From NCBI GenBank assembly GCA_965205505.1, contig CBDBHB010000009.1:448001-512000 (forward strand): a stretch of DNA of 64,000 nucleotides. The letters run 5' to 3'. Source of the DNA: Acidobacteriota bacterium. Lineage in GTDB: Bacteria; Acidobacteriota; UBA890; WLXD01. The notes beneath the pieces are model-generated. The model saw only the letters and a program-made list of their open reading frames with translations. It was not told where the DNA came from and did no database searches. This document shows positions 20,222 through 29,989 of the stretch, piece by piece (the stretch's first letter is position 1; each line of letters begins with the position of its first letter). A program made the position numbers and the translations under genes.

Positions 20222-20569
20222 CCGGGCTGCTCCTTTGCGCGGAGATTCTAGTGCCTAATCCAACCGCTTGGATCGTTCGATTTCTCAAACCTGCCCACTA
20301 CCGGGCCATCGCCTACCTCGGTAGTTGGTCGGGGTCATGGTCGCTCAGTCTCGGCCATACAGATCGCCGGTCGCGGGTTCCGGAAGGGGCGGTGCTCCGC
20401 GCGGCTGCACAGCCTAGCGGAATAGATGGGCTCCCACCACGGGAGAGCAGCCGGGCGATTTGCGAGGGGGAACATGTCGATCCCGCCCGACGACCGAGCC
20501 AGACGACTTCGTGAGGAGCTAGGCTCACGCTAGGACCTTCGATCGTCGCTGGGGCCGTCCGCCGCGGGC

Positions 20570-20857
20570 CTATGTGTGGGCGCGCAGCCGCTGTGACAAG
20601 CGCGGGGAGCGCTTCTTCACCTGAGATACGAGGAAGACACCCTCAGAGCCATAAACTTTGAGCGCGGCAGCGTAGGCTTCCGCATGGGTCGGATAGAAGG
20701 CTACAGGCTGCTCGTCGTGGAAGACCACGAACTCGCCAGCGTGCTCGTCGAGCAGATCATCAATCTGCGAGTCAAAGGCTCGTTGCTCAGCACGAACGCG
20801 GTTCAAACGGGCGCGGGGCACTGGCACTCCGTCGGGCTGCTGGGGGGCTGACGACAT
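20570..20857 (-). CDS. DUF5678-like small protein
   Basis: LL.EHAGEFVVFHDEQPV....THAEAY......YG...FLVSQV pattern. Confidence 0.6.
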   Translation of the reverse strand: MSSAPQQPDGVPVPRARLNRVRAEQRAFDSQIDDLLDEHAGEFVVFHDEQPVAFYPTHAEAYAAALKVYGSEGVFLVSQVKKRSPRLSQRLRAHT

Positions 20858-20871
20858 CGTAGCAGTAAGGG

Positions 20872-20943
20872 CGCCGGTTCCACTCCTCGACCCCCTCGGG
20901 TCCGCCGCGCAACAGCTCTAACGCTTCGTCACGCGTCATCATG
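20872..20943 (-). pseudogene. N-terminal fragment of a pentapeptide-repeat protein
   Basis: MMTRDEALELLRGGPEGVEEWNRR resembles the conserved N-cap of pentapeptide-repeat proteins, but no repeats follow. Confidence 0.5.
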
Positions 20944-21066
20944 GCGTCAGTAGCTCCGCAGCTTCACGCGAGTCGTTCCTGCTCCAACGGAACAATTTCC
21001 TTCCCACCACTAGCAAAGCGCGCAGCCGGGCGATTTGCGAAGGGAGGGAGGTGTTGCGGCGGCCTC

Positions 21067-21393
21067 TCATTGGTCCGCCTTGCGTCGCAGGCCGGCCAGG
21101 CGCTTAGCCAGCCTGTCTGGAACCAGCCCAGGGGCCTTTGCTTGTCGTTCGTACCGCTCGAGGATCGCGAGCTCGTCGGCCGGCTGCTTCTTCTGCCGGT
21201 AGATAATCGCTAGCTGCTCGTAGTACCACGGATCAACCCCCCAGCCTCCGCCCTCGGCCTCGGCCTCGGAGGCGTCCACCAGGCGCAGGAGAAGCTCCTT
21301 CGTGCCATCGAGGTCGCCCACCCGCTTGAGGCGACGGACCTCCACCACGTAGGCCGAGTAGTGCCGTCCGTCGACGAAGCCCAGCTTGCTCAT
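21067..21393 (-). CDS. Helical (TPR-like) hypothetical protein
   Basis: GRHY..YV.EV..LKR...PWYYEQLAIIYR....DELAILERY; clean ORF between repeats. Confidence 0.65.
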   Translation of the reverse strand: MSKLGFVDGRHYSAYVVEVRRLKRVGDLDGTKELLLRLVDASEAEAEGGGWGVDPWYYEQLAIIYRQKKQPADELAILERYERQAKAPGLVPDRLAKRLAGLRRKADQ

Positions 21394-21491
21394 GCTCGGC
21401 GGCCTCTCACGGGACGACTCGGTAGGTGGTGGGGGTCATCGCCGGTTGCCGGACAGAAGGTGCATCGCTAGGGTGCTGCGCCGGGGGCTCA

Positions 21492-22013
21492 TTACGGTTC
21501 CGTTTCGTATGGAAGGCCGCCTGAGTTCACGATAACGATCATCGCCGTGGGGCATTCCAGTCGCACTCCAGGAGCGATCCCCATCTCGTCCTGGTCGCGC
21601 ACCATGGAGAACGGATCCCCCTCGAACGTGCGCGTGCAGGAGAGGAGGTCTCCTTCGACGCGGACGCTGAGCATCCCGTCGCCGGTTTCGCCACCTGCCT
21701 CGACCACGCGGAATACGGTCGTCTCGTTCGATTGGCTGCCTTCGTCGTCCGGCGGCTCGATGCTTACCACGTAGATGAATGTGCCAAGTATCACCAGAAC
21801 CAAGACAATCCACTTGAATGCCGGTTGCTGATGGATCGGTACTGACGCGGGACCTATGGCACGGAGCTCAGCTGGAGCAGCGTTTGCAGCTGGCTGCCTT
21901 GCGATAGGTTCTAGTGCCTTTCGGATTGAGTTGGCCTTCTTCTTGATTCTGCCCTTGGCTGCAGCAAGCTTAGCCTCTGCTGACGCGTCGACGTTCTTCC
22001 TCTTCTTGGCCAT
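21492..22013 (-). CDS. Single-TM hypothetical protein
   Basis: Basic N-terminus, TM segment WIVLVLVILGTFIYVV, small extracytoplasmic domain with two Cys. Confidence 0.55.
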   Translation of the reverse strand: MAKKRKNVDASAEAKLAAAKGRIKKKANSIRKALEPIARQPAANAAPAELRAIGPASVPIHQQPAFKWIVLVLVILGTFIYVVSIEPPDDEGSQSNETTVFRVVEAGGETGDGMLSVRVEGDLLSCTRTFEGDPFSMVRDQDEMGIAPGVRLECPTAMIVIVNSGGLPYETEP

Positions 22014-22112
22014 TCCACTCTCGGTGGTTCCGGTAGGTGGTCGGGTCATGGGACGGGACGCGCCGCAGCCGTGAAGGGGCACCGGATCAAGCGTGGCTAC
22101 ATGCGCGAGGCC

Positions 22113-22215
22113 CCCCAGCGCGGGACTCTCGCCGCTAGGGGTCTCCCTCTTGACAGGTTGTCCTAACGCTGCCCGCTAGCGGTGGTCGGGGTCGCTGCCA
22201 GGCCGCGCCGAGAGG
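22113..22215 (-). repeat. Repeat A copy 2: hairpin element
   Basis: ccccagcgcgggactctcgccg...gctgcccgctagcgg...cgcgccgagagg shared with 16872-16972. Confidence 0.75.
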
Positions 22216-22877
22216 TAAAACCATCGTAGTATCCACGCAACCCCCTCGGTAGTGCCTAGCGAACTTCGACTTCGTCGGCAGCTTGATTAGGGTTGCTCAA
22301 CAAGGCAGGCGTCCTTAACATCGCTTCCTGTCACGCGCCAATCTAGGAGTGAGTGACGATGAGCCACCAGAGTGACTTGAATTCCGAAGGGCGCCTTCGT
22401 GTTCTCTACGAGGTGCGGACCACGGAACTTACGGAGGTGCGCAAGCGTGAGCTTTTTGTACGCTTGCGGGCCCTTGGTCTTACGAAACAAGAGATCGAGG
22501 AGTTCACCCCCGAGTTGCTCCCCGGCCACGCCGCGCAATACGCATAAACTCGGCGTCAGTCATACCAAGTAGCGGCGCGCACCACGTCACTATCTTGAGC
22601 ATTTCGGTAAGCTGCCGGCCCACGTTCAGAAATCGCACAAGCTGCTTCGCGTCCTCTCCCTTAGCGAGCAACGCTCGAACGATATCCTCGCGGTCTGTCG
22701 AGTACACGAATGTGCTGCGAGGCGTGGAGCAGCTCTTGGTCATGACGTATCGAGATTAGGTCCGATCCTGTGCGGCGCCCTCTCGCGCCACCGAGCGATC
22801 GCTCCTTACAAACAGCGAAACAATTCTCTTCCCACCTAGCAAAGCGCGCTGCCGGGCGATTTGCGAGGGGGGGGCGC

Positions 22878-23714
22878 TCACTGGCCCTCGAACCCGAGCT
22901 CCCTGGCCCCCGCGATTGCCTGCTCAGCTCCCTCACGCCGGCCGAGCCTCTGCAGGACTGCGCCCAGGTTCCAATACGCGCGCCCGTAGTTGGGGTTCGA
23001 CCGGATTGCCTCGCGCATCGATCGCTCCGCCTCAACGAACCTCTCGGTATTCGCGTAAAGCACCCGTAGGTTGAGGTGTGCATCCGCATAATCTGGGTCC
23101 AGCTCGATGGACCGGTCGTAAGAGACCTCGGCACCGGCGTAGTCACCCTGTTGGTAAAGGACGCGCGCCCGGTTGTAGTGGGGTAGGGGCCGATCATCGT
23201 CGAGCCGGATGCCCTCGTCAAAGGCTGCTAGAGCATCGTCAAACCGATCCAGCCTACGCAGCACGAGTCCCAGGTTGTTGTGGGCTGCGGCCAGGCTAGG
23301 GTCGAGTCCTGTGGCTTCGCGTAGCTGTTCTTCAGCCTCGGCGTGCTCGCCCCGCTGCTCGAGTAGGTTCCCCAGGTTGTAACGTGGGATTGCGAGAGTG
23401 GGTGCCGTCAGGACCAAACCGCGATAAGTGGCTTCGGCTTCGTCGAGCCGCCCCTGGCTCAACAATACGTTCGCGAGTCCGTTCCGTGCGGCGTGGTCTT
23501 CTGCGTCTATTTGAATGGCGCGGCGATACGCGCTTGTAGCCTCCTCGTCTCGAGCCTGATCAGCCAGTACATCACCAAGGCCAACGAGAGCTCTGGCGTA
23601 GGTCGGATCAAGCCGGAGCGCCTCTCTCAGCGCGGTCTCCGCGTTCTCTAGCCGCGCTTGTTGGGCCAGTGCTACGCCCATGCCAGTATGTGCGATTGCG
23701 CTAGTCCCATCCAA
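22878..23714 (-). CDS. Tetratricopeptide repeat protein (possibly 5' truncated)
   Basis: About 7 canonical TPR units (AHNNLG.VL, A..LDP.YA.A). Confidence 0.85.
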   Translation of the reverse strand: MDGTSAIAHTGMGVALAQQARLENAETALREALRLDPTYARALVGLGDVLADQARDEEATSAYRRAIQIDAEDHAARNGLANVLLSQGRLDEAEATYRGLVLTAPTLAIPRYNLGNLLEQRGEHAEAEEQLREATGLDPSLAAAHNNLGLVLRRLDRFDDALAAFDEGIRLDDDRPLPHYNRARVLYQQGDYAGAEVSYDRSIELDPDYADAHLNLRVLYANTERFVEAERSMREAIRSNPNYGRAYWNLGAVLQRLGRREGAEQAIAGARELGFEGQ

Positions 23715-24037
23715 CTCGACCGCCCTATGAGGAAAGGCGGACGCTGTGGGTCCCGTCGTATGTTTGCAGCTCGAAATCCGGGGCCAGCTCGCCGACGACT
23801 GGGTGATTGTTTCGGCGTTCCTCCAGAAGCGCGTGGCCGTCGGCCTGGTCGGCTACCGTCTTGCCGGCGAATCGATCCATACTCTGAGCTCCTTCCGTTG
23901 ATTCATTTCGATTTCCCGATCAACCAGCGCGCTCGAGGATCGTCACCGTGCCGTCCTCCTCGACCCGGAGCTCGTCGCCAGGTGTGACGGCGACGAGAAA
24001 GTCGGGGCCGAGTCGATCCACGCAGACCACCCGGCGC

Positions 24038-24394
24038 TCAAGCCAGATGTCTGCCAGGATCGCGGACCTCGTCGGGATAGGCCTGCCGCAGCCGCTCGAG
24101 CTGGTCGTCGGTCAGGCCGACCAGGCTGTCGTTCAGCAGCGTTGCCGGATCGGCCGTGAAGGGCAGCTTCGTGCGGAGGCCGGCCGCCGCCAGCTCTTCG
24201 AGGAACGTCAGGCGAGCCCCGAGTCCGGGCGCTGACTCCGGAATGACGAGATGGCCCGGACCCTCGATCTCGACCAGCCGATCTGCTTCCATCGTCTCGC
24301 CGAAGCGCACAACGGTGAGTAGCAGCTTACGATGCAGCTCATCGTGCTCACCGCCCAGAGTGCGGCGCTCATCGTCGGTAAGACGAAGGCTCAT
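24038..24394 (-). pseudogene. Aconitase X catalytic subunit (DUF521-like) N-terminal fragment
   Basis: LRLTDDERRTLGGE.....K.L..VVRFGE...A.RLVEI; stops after 118 aa. Confidence 0.55.
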
Positions 24395-24479
24395 GAGGTC
24401 CCGCTATTTTGACATCTAGTCGACACTCCATTACACACGGAATCTGGCTCGATTCCCATGTGCCCCGGAGGACGATCTA

Positions 24480-25817
24480 ATGGTTGGTAGAAATCTGGCG
24501 GTGGCGGCCGCTGTCTCGTTGCTCGTCTTGATGGTTCCGACTCCCGTGCACGGCCAGGAAGAGGAGTCTGTCCAGGTCATACGCGTCGGATTGCTCGTGG
24601 ATCCCGAGGCCGGCACTGCGACGCCGAACCAGGTGATCCTTATCCAGGGCGATCGCATCGAGGCGGTGGTCTCTCCTGGCAGCGTCGACATACCGGCGGA
24701 CGCCGATGTCATCGACCTGTCAGAGCTGACCGTGCTCGGTGGGCTGGTCGACACCCACAACCACCTGGCGCTGACCTACAAGCAGGACCCCGAGAGCAAC
24801 TACTACTACCTGACCTATGTCATGGACTCGACGCCGCTGCGGGCCATTCAGGCGTTCTCCAACGGCATGCAGATGCTGTCGTCGGGTTTCACCGTCGTGC
24901 GCGATATGGGCAACAACGGCAACTACGCCGATACCGCGTTGCGCCAGGCGATCGAGCAAGGGTGGGTTCCCGGGCCGACGATCATCAACTCGGGCATCAT
25001 CATCGGCGGCATGGGCGGGCAGTTCTGGCCGACCCCGGAGATGGGGATCGAGCACAACATCGTTTACCCCGAGTACCTCGACGCCGACACCAACGACGAG
25101 ATCATCAAGGCAGTGCGCCAGAACGTGCTCTATGGCGCCACGGTCATCAAGATCTGCGTCGACTGTAAGCCGTATGGCTACACCGTCGGCGAGATGCAGC
25201 TGTTCATAAGCGAGGCGGCCAAGGCCGGGATGAAGGTCGAGGGCCACGTGCAGACGCGCGATGGCGCCCGGCGCGCCATCGAGGCGGGGCTATTCTCGCT
25301 CGCACACTCCGACGTTATCGACGACGAGCTTCACAAGGCGATGGCGGCGAAGGGCATCTTCCGCGCCGGCACCGAGACCCCGGCGATGCCCTACAACGGC
25401 ACCTCGGAAGAGGAGTACGAGCGCACCGCCGCCGGTCTACGCAACGCCTTCGATAACGGCGTGCCGGTGACCTTCTCCACCGACGCCGACTACTACATTC
25501 CCGGCATGACGCGCGGCGAGCTGGTTATCGACTTCATCGAAACCTGGAAGAAGGCGGGGATCCCGGCGCCCGACATCCTCAAGGCGATGACCACGGCCGG
25601 CTACCGCTGTGCCGAGGTGTACGACGAGCGAGGCCCGATCAAGCCAGGCAATTACGCCGACCTGATTGCCGTGGTCGGCAACCCGTTACGCAACATCGAC
25701 ACCCTGCGCGATGTGCGCTTCGTGATGCGCGACGGCAAGGTGTTCAAGCGCGATGGCGTGATGATGCCCGAGGAGTTCTTTCACGCCGGGCCGGTGAACG
25801 GCTGGCGGATTCGGTAG
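24480..25817 (+). CDS. Secreted amidohydrolase (prolidase-like subgroup)
   Basis: GLVDTHNH, GFTVVRDMG, VIKI, EGHV, AHS and STDA motifs. Confidence 0.85.
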   Translation: MVGRNLAVAAAVSLLVLMVPTPVHGQEEESVQVIRVGLLVDPEAGTATPNQVILIQGDRIEAVVSPGSVDIPADADVIDLSELTVLGGLVDTHNHLALTYKQDPESNYYYLTYVMDSTPLRAIQAFSNGMQMLSSGFTVVRDMGNNGNYADTALRQAIEQGWVPGPTIINSGIIIGGMGGQFWPTPEMGIEHNIVYPEYLDADTNDEIIKAVRQNVLYGATVIKICVDCKPYGYTVGEMQLFISEAAKAGMKVEGHVQTRDGARRAIEAGLFSLAHSDVIDDELHKAMAAKGIFRAGTETPAMPYNGTSEEEYERTAAGLRNAFDNGVPVTFSTDADYYIPGMTRGELVIDFIETWKKAGIPAPDILKAMTTAGYRCAEVYDERGPIKPGNYADLIAVVGNPLRNIDTLRDVRFVMRDGKVFKRDGVMMPEEFFHAGPVNGWRIR

Positions 25818-25821
25818 TTCG

Positions 25822-27360
25822 TTACCTGCTCTCTGGCACCGCCTCCATCAACAGCGCGAAGGCGTTCCTCAGCCCTTCGGCCCCCGGACGACCGCCCTTG
25901 TAGTGCCCCAGGCGAACCACTACCAGATGGTGTGACGGGATGATCGTCGTCGACTGCCCGCCGGCGCCCTGCATGGAGTAAGCCTCGGCCGGGATGCCGT
26001 TGTTGCCGCCCTCGCTCTCGATCCAGAAGAAGCCGCCATAGATAGGCCGTCCGTCTGCCACCCAACCTGGTGCGGGTGTGCTGACGAACTCAACGAACCC
26101 CTCCGGCAGGATGCGCTCACCGGTCCACATGCCGTCTTGAAGGTAGAGGTTGCCGAGCCGAGCCCAGTCGCGTCCGGTACCGAACTCGTATCCCTGCAGC
26201 AAGAAGTTCCCGTAGGGATCGGTCTCCATCACCATGTGGCGGATGCCGATCCTGTCGAATAGTTCGCGCTGCGGGAACGAGTGGTACTCGTCGCCACGCG
26301 CCTCGACGCCGAGCCGAATGAGGTAGTTGGTCAGCACCGGGTCGGAGTTGCGATAGCGCCCCACGGTGTTCGGCGCGTACTGCTGTGGTCGTGTGGCCGC
26401 GTACTCGAACGAGTTGACCGTACCGGTATAGACGTACAGGTGGTCGGGATAACCCAGCGACTCGTCGTAGCCGGGGTCGGACTCGTTGCGGAAGCGCAGC
26501 CCGCTCGACATGCGCATGATGTCGGATATGCGGATCTCGGCGCGCGGGTCGTCGTCGCCCTGCCACTCAGGAATTGGCGCCGGTTGGTGTAGCTCGTAGA
26601 CACCCTGCTTGATGAGAATACCCATCAGGGTCGCGGTGAGGCTCTTGCCCATCGACCAGCCCTCGAGCGGTGTGCTCATGGTGATGCCGTCACGATAGCG
26701 CTCACCGATGATGCGTCCCTTGTAGGTCACTACAAAGGCCGCCGTCATCCCTTCCGCCGGCTCGAACGCGGCGTTCACCGCCTGTTGCACCTTGTCGGCA
26801 TCGATCTCGGAGGGCAGCGGCTCATCCGACAGCACGTCTCCCATCGGCCACGGCTGCGTCGACGGATCGGGGAGCGTGCTCGGTATTTCGACGGGAGTGA
26901 AGTACACGTCGTCCGCGCCGATTGGTAGCGTCACGCAACCCTGATCGCCCAGGTACCTCGCCGTTCGCACGGTGCCGTCGGGCAGCGTCAGGTGGACTTC
27001 CTCGTTCTCCATGTCGACGACGCGTTCGGTTACTTCGGCGCGTTCCGCATAGTGGCTGCTGAAGTAGCCAATGTTCTCGGCTGCGAAGTCGGCGTCGAGC
27101 CCCGTGATGAAGACGGCGGAGCAGAGGATCTTGGCGAACCCCGCCGTGTGATGCGACAGCGCATCGCCTGGAGGCCCGATGTACTCGCCGTCTAGCTCGA
27201 GTGATGCGGCGCGTGCAATGCGCTCCTCGGTATTGGCTGGAGGGGCCGCGGGCATGTCCCCCGCGTCGTCAGCGATCGTGCCCTGACAGGCCGCAAGCGA
27301 CAGCAAAAGGAGAAGATATACAGGCCGGAGCGTCGTCGTCGGGGCTGTTCGGGAATTCAT
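25822..27360 (-). CDS. Serine hydrolase, beta-lactamase/AmpC fold, lipoprotein
   Basis: WSMGKS (SxxK), MSSGL and YRN motifs; lipobox LAAC. Confidence 0.85.
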   Translation of the reverse strand: MNSRTAPTTTLRPVYLLLLLSLAACQGTIADDAGDMPAAPPANTEERIARAASLELDGEYIGPPGDALSHHTAGFAKILCSAVFITGLDADFAAENIGYFSSHYAERAEVTERVVDMENEEVHLTLPDGTVRTARYLGDQGCVTLPIGADDVYFTPVEIPSTLPDPSTQPWPMGDVLSDEPLPSEIDADKVQQAVNAAFEPAEGMTAAFVVTYKGRIIGERYRDGITMSTPLEGWSMGKSLTATLMGILIKQGVYELHQPAPIPEWQGDDDPRAEIRISDIMRMSSGLRFRNESDPGYDESLGYPDHLYVYTGTVNSFEYAATRPQQYAPNTVGRYRNSDPVLTNYLIRLGVEARGDEYHSFPQRELFDRIGIRHMVMETDPYGNFLLQGYEFGTGRDWARLGNLYLQDGMWTGERILPEGFVEFVSTPAPGWVADGRPIYGGFFWIESEGGNNGIPAEAYSMQGAGGQSTTIIPSHHLVVVRLGHYKGGRPGAEGLRNAFALLMEAVPESR

Positions 27361-27409
27361 GCGGAAGCCTCCTCGGGGCAGGGCTGCGTGGCGAAGCGAG
27401 GATAGAACG

Positions 27410-28204
27410 TCAGATCGCGTCGCGGGGCCCCTTATACTCCTGAATCGTGTTTCCTCCGTCGACGACAATCGATTGACCGGTCACGTAGCTCGCCCCCTCG
27501 GAGGCGAGGAACGCCACCACCTCAGCCACTTCTTCAGGGCGCCCCGGTCGGCCTATCGCCGAGTAGTTGCCGGCTTCGAGCTCGGCCACCGATGACGACC
27601 CGGTCGCGATCCATCCCGGCGCCACGCCGTTGACGGTGAGTCCCCGTGTAGCGACCTCGAGCGCCAGGCTCCGCATCAGCCCATCCATCCCCGCTTTTGA
27701 GGCGCTGTAGGCAGGCGATCCGATAGCGCTCACGAGCGGGCCGGTGACCGACGAGATGTTGATCACCCGTCCGTACTCCTGCGACAGCATCACCGGGATG
27801 GCTGCCTTGGTGGCGTTGAAGGCGGTCTTCAGGTTGATGGCGATGGCGCGGTCCCAATCCGATTCGCTCAGATCGACGAATGGTCGGTCGGGGTAGGGTG
27901 CTCCGATGGAGTTGAGCCCCGCGTTGTTTACCAGGATATCGAGCCTGCCGAATCGGCAAACGACCTCGCCAACGAGTCGACCAGCCTGCTCAGAATCGGT
28001 GAGGTCCGCGACGAAGGCTCCGACTTCGGGCAGACTCTCGGCTTGCAGCTCAGCCGCTCGCGCGGCGATCCGATTCTCGGTCGTCGAGGTGATGGCAACC
28101 TGCGCTCCCTGTCGGCGGAGGATCCGAGCGCAGGCGAAGCCGATACCGAGCTCGCTCCCAGCGCCGGTGATCAGCGCAACGCGCTTGGATAACGGATTCC
28201 TCAC
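27410..28204 (-). CDS. SDR family oxidoreductase (FabG-like)
   Basis: [20 protein letters not shown] and DGG motifs. Start codon uncertain. Confidence 0.85.
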   Translation of the reverse strand: MRNPLSKRVALITGAGSELGIGFACARILRRQGAQVAITSTTENRIAARAAELQAESLPEVGAFVADLTDSEQAGRLVGEVVCRFGRLDILVNNAGLNSIGAPYPDRPFVDLSESDWDRAIAINLKTAFNATKAAIPVMLSQEYGRVINISSVTGPLVSAIGSPAYSASKAGMDGLMRSLALEVATRGLTVNGVAPGWIATGSSSVAELEAGNYSAIGRPGRPEEVAEVVAFLASEGASYVTGQSIVVDGGNTIQEYKGPRDAI

Positions 28205-29892
28205 GATTCCCTCGATGCGGAATCTAGCCCGGGAAGGCGCGCCCATTCCATGTCACCGGAAAGCAGCTCGGCGATCTCTGCGTGTCCTGCCCGAAGTGCC
28301 CGTGCGAGCGGCTGCGCCCACGGCTGCTCGCTGGGCAGGGTCAGGTCGGCGCCATTTTCGAGTAGTAGCCTTGCCATATCTGTCTTGCCACAGCGCGCCG
28401 CGGTGCCCAGCGGCGTCCCGCTGTGCATGAGCTCGATCGCATCGATGGGTGCGCCTCGCTGCATCTCGGCGCGGGCAATCTCGGTGCTCCCGAATCGGGC
28501 GCAGTAGTGCAGTAGGTTGGCGCCACGCCAGTCGCCGCGAGCAATGTCGAATCCGTGCTCGATGAGTCGGTCGAGGGCCGGTTGCGTCGCCACCATCGCC
28601 GGTGCACCGGGCCTGAAGATCCAAGCGTCGAGCGACGCCGGCACGTCGGGCGAACGTTCGATCAGCAAGTCCAGGAGATGGAGGTCGTCCTTCTCGAGCA
28701 CGTCGGTCCACAGGGTCTCTTCATCGTCAAAGCGACGATTGCTCCGCACCGCCTCACGGAGCTCATCGGCAGACATCTGCCAGCTCGCCGGCTCCGCGCC
28801 ATGCTCGTGCAGCAGCGCCTGCATCTCCGCGCACTGTTCGGGATGTCTGCTGGCGACGATGTACAGACAGTTTCCCGATGAGTCGACCGCAGCATTCGGG
28901 TCGGCGCACGCATCGAGCAGCATGCGTGCCTGATCCAGGTTGTTCTGCGCCGCAGCCTCGTAGAGGGCACGACCGCGCGGAGCTTCGCTCTCCGGCTTGT
29001 TGGGATCGGCGTCAAACGCGAGCAGAAGCTCCGTCGTCTCCGGCTGCGCACCGAGCGATGCGTAGTACAGAGGGCTGTAGCGCGCGCTGTCGAGGGTGCG
29101 CGCCGCGTCCGGGTGCTCGGCCAAGGTGCGGCGTATCGCTTTGTCATCGCCGGCCTGGACCGCGAGTCCGAAGGGTCGCGCGGCGCCGGCATCGAACAGG
29201 GCGGTGATCATTTCCTGTGGCGTGCGGCGACGCTCCGCCGGCACATCTCGCCACCAGCGAAAATCGTAGTCACCGTGGAGCGCCAGCAGTACGGCCGATT
29301 TCCCGTCGGCGCGCTTCGCATCTAGATCGGCGCCTCGCGCCGCCAGCTCGCCGATCAGGCTCGGCTGGTGCGCCAGCGCCGCCCAGTGGACCGCGGTATT
29401 CCCTGATCCGTCGCTGGCGGCGAGCAGGTCGGGGTGGTCGGCGAGTATTTGCAAGACCCGATCCGCATCGTAAGCACGGATCGCCCCGGCGAGACTGGCG
29501 AACGCCGCCGAATACCCGAACCGATGCGACATCTCGGCGCGCAGTAGATCTGTTATCTCGGTCAGATCTCGGAGCTCGGCGATCGCCAGCAGCTCACCCC
29601 ATTCGCCGCCACCATAACAACTCGTGGTGGGGTTGCCCTGCTCCAGCAAGGCGCGAACGACCCCGATGTGTCCCTCGCGCACCGCGAAGTGCATCGGCAT
29701 CTGGTACCAGTACTGGACGTTCGCCAAGTTGGAGTCGTCGTCGAGCAGCGACCTGACCAGCGCATCGTCGCCATCGACGCAGGCGCAGATCAGCCGCCAG
29801 GCGGCATTGCCGTCGACGATGGCCAACCCCATGCCGATGTAGCGCTCGCTGCGCATCGCCAGCGGTTGCGACATCATTGCGGAGCGCTTCAT
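28201..29892 (-). CDS. Ankyrin repeat protein
   Basis: Multiple ankyrin repeats ([24 protein letters not shown]). Confidence 0.85.
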   Translation of the reverse strand: MKRSAMMSQPLAMRSERYIGMGLAIVDGNAAWRLICACVDGDDALVRSLLDDDSNLANVQYWYQMPMHFAVREGHIGVVRALLEQGNPTTSCYGGGEWGELLAIAELRDLTEITDLLRAEMSHRFGYSAAFASLAGAIRAYDADRVLQILADHPDLLAASDGSGNTAVHWAALAHQPSLIGELAARGADLDAKRADGKSAVLLALHGDYDFRWWRDVPAERRRTPQEMITALFDAGAARPFGLAVQAGDDKAIRRTLAEHPDAARTLDSARYSPLYYASLGAQPETTELLLAFDADPNKPESEAPRGRALYEAAAQNNLDQARMLLDACADPNAAVDSSGNCLYIVASRHPEQCAEMQALLHEHGAEPASWQMSADELREAVRSNRRFDDEETLWTDVLEKDDLHLLDLLIERSPDVPASLDAWIFRPGAPAMVATQPALDRLIEHGFDIARGDWRGANLLHYCARFGSTEIARAEMQRGAPIDAIELMHSGTPLGTAARCGKTDMARLLLENGADLTLPSEQPWAQPLARALRAGHAEIAELLSGDMEWARLPGLDSASRES

Positions 29893-29989
29893 GCTTCCGA
29901 TTCAGTGCGCCGCACCGTCTCCCTCGACCTCTCGCCGTCCAGGGTGCACGAGGCGACAACGATGAGGGCGAGCGAACCCCATGTTCTTC

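Noticed and set aside
18958-20514. 518-aa plus-strand ORF and similar long antisense ORFs (433-1500, 5577-6782, 44589-45524)
   Set aside because: Shadow ORFs opposite genes with clear family motifs, expected in high-GC DNA.
16860-22880. CRISPR array or classical integron attC array
   Set aside because: Repeats are kb-spaced and heterogeneous, with no cas or intI gene and no paired RYYYAAC/GTTRRRY boxes.
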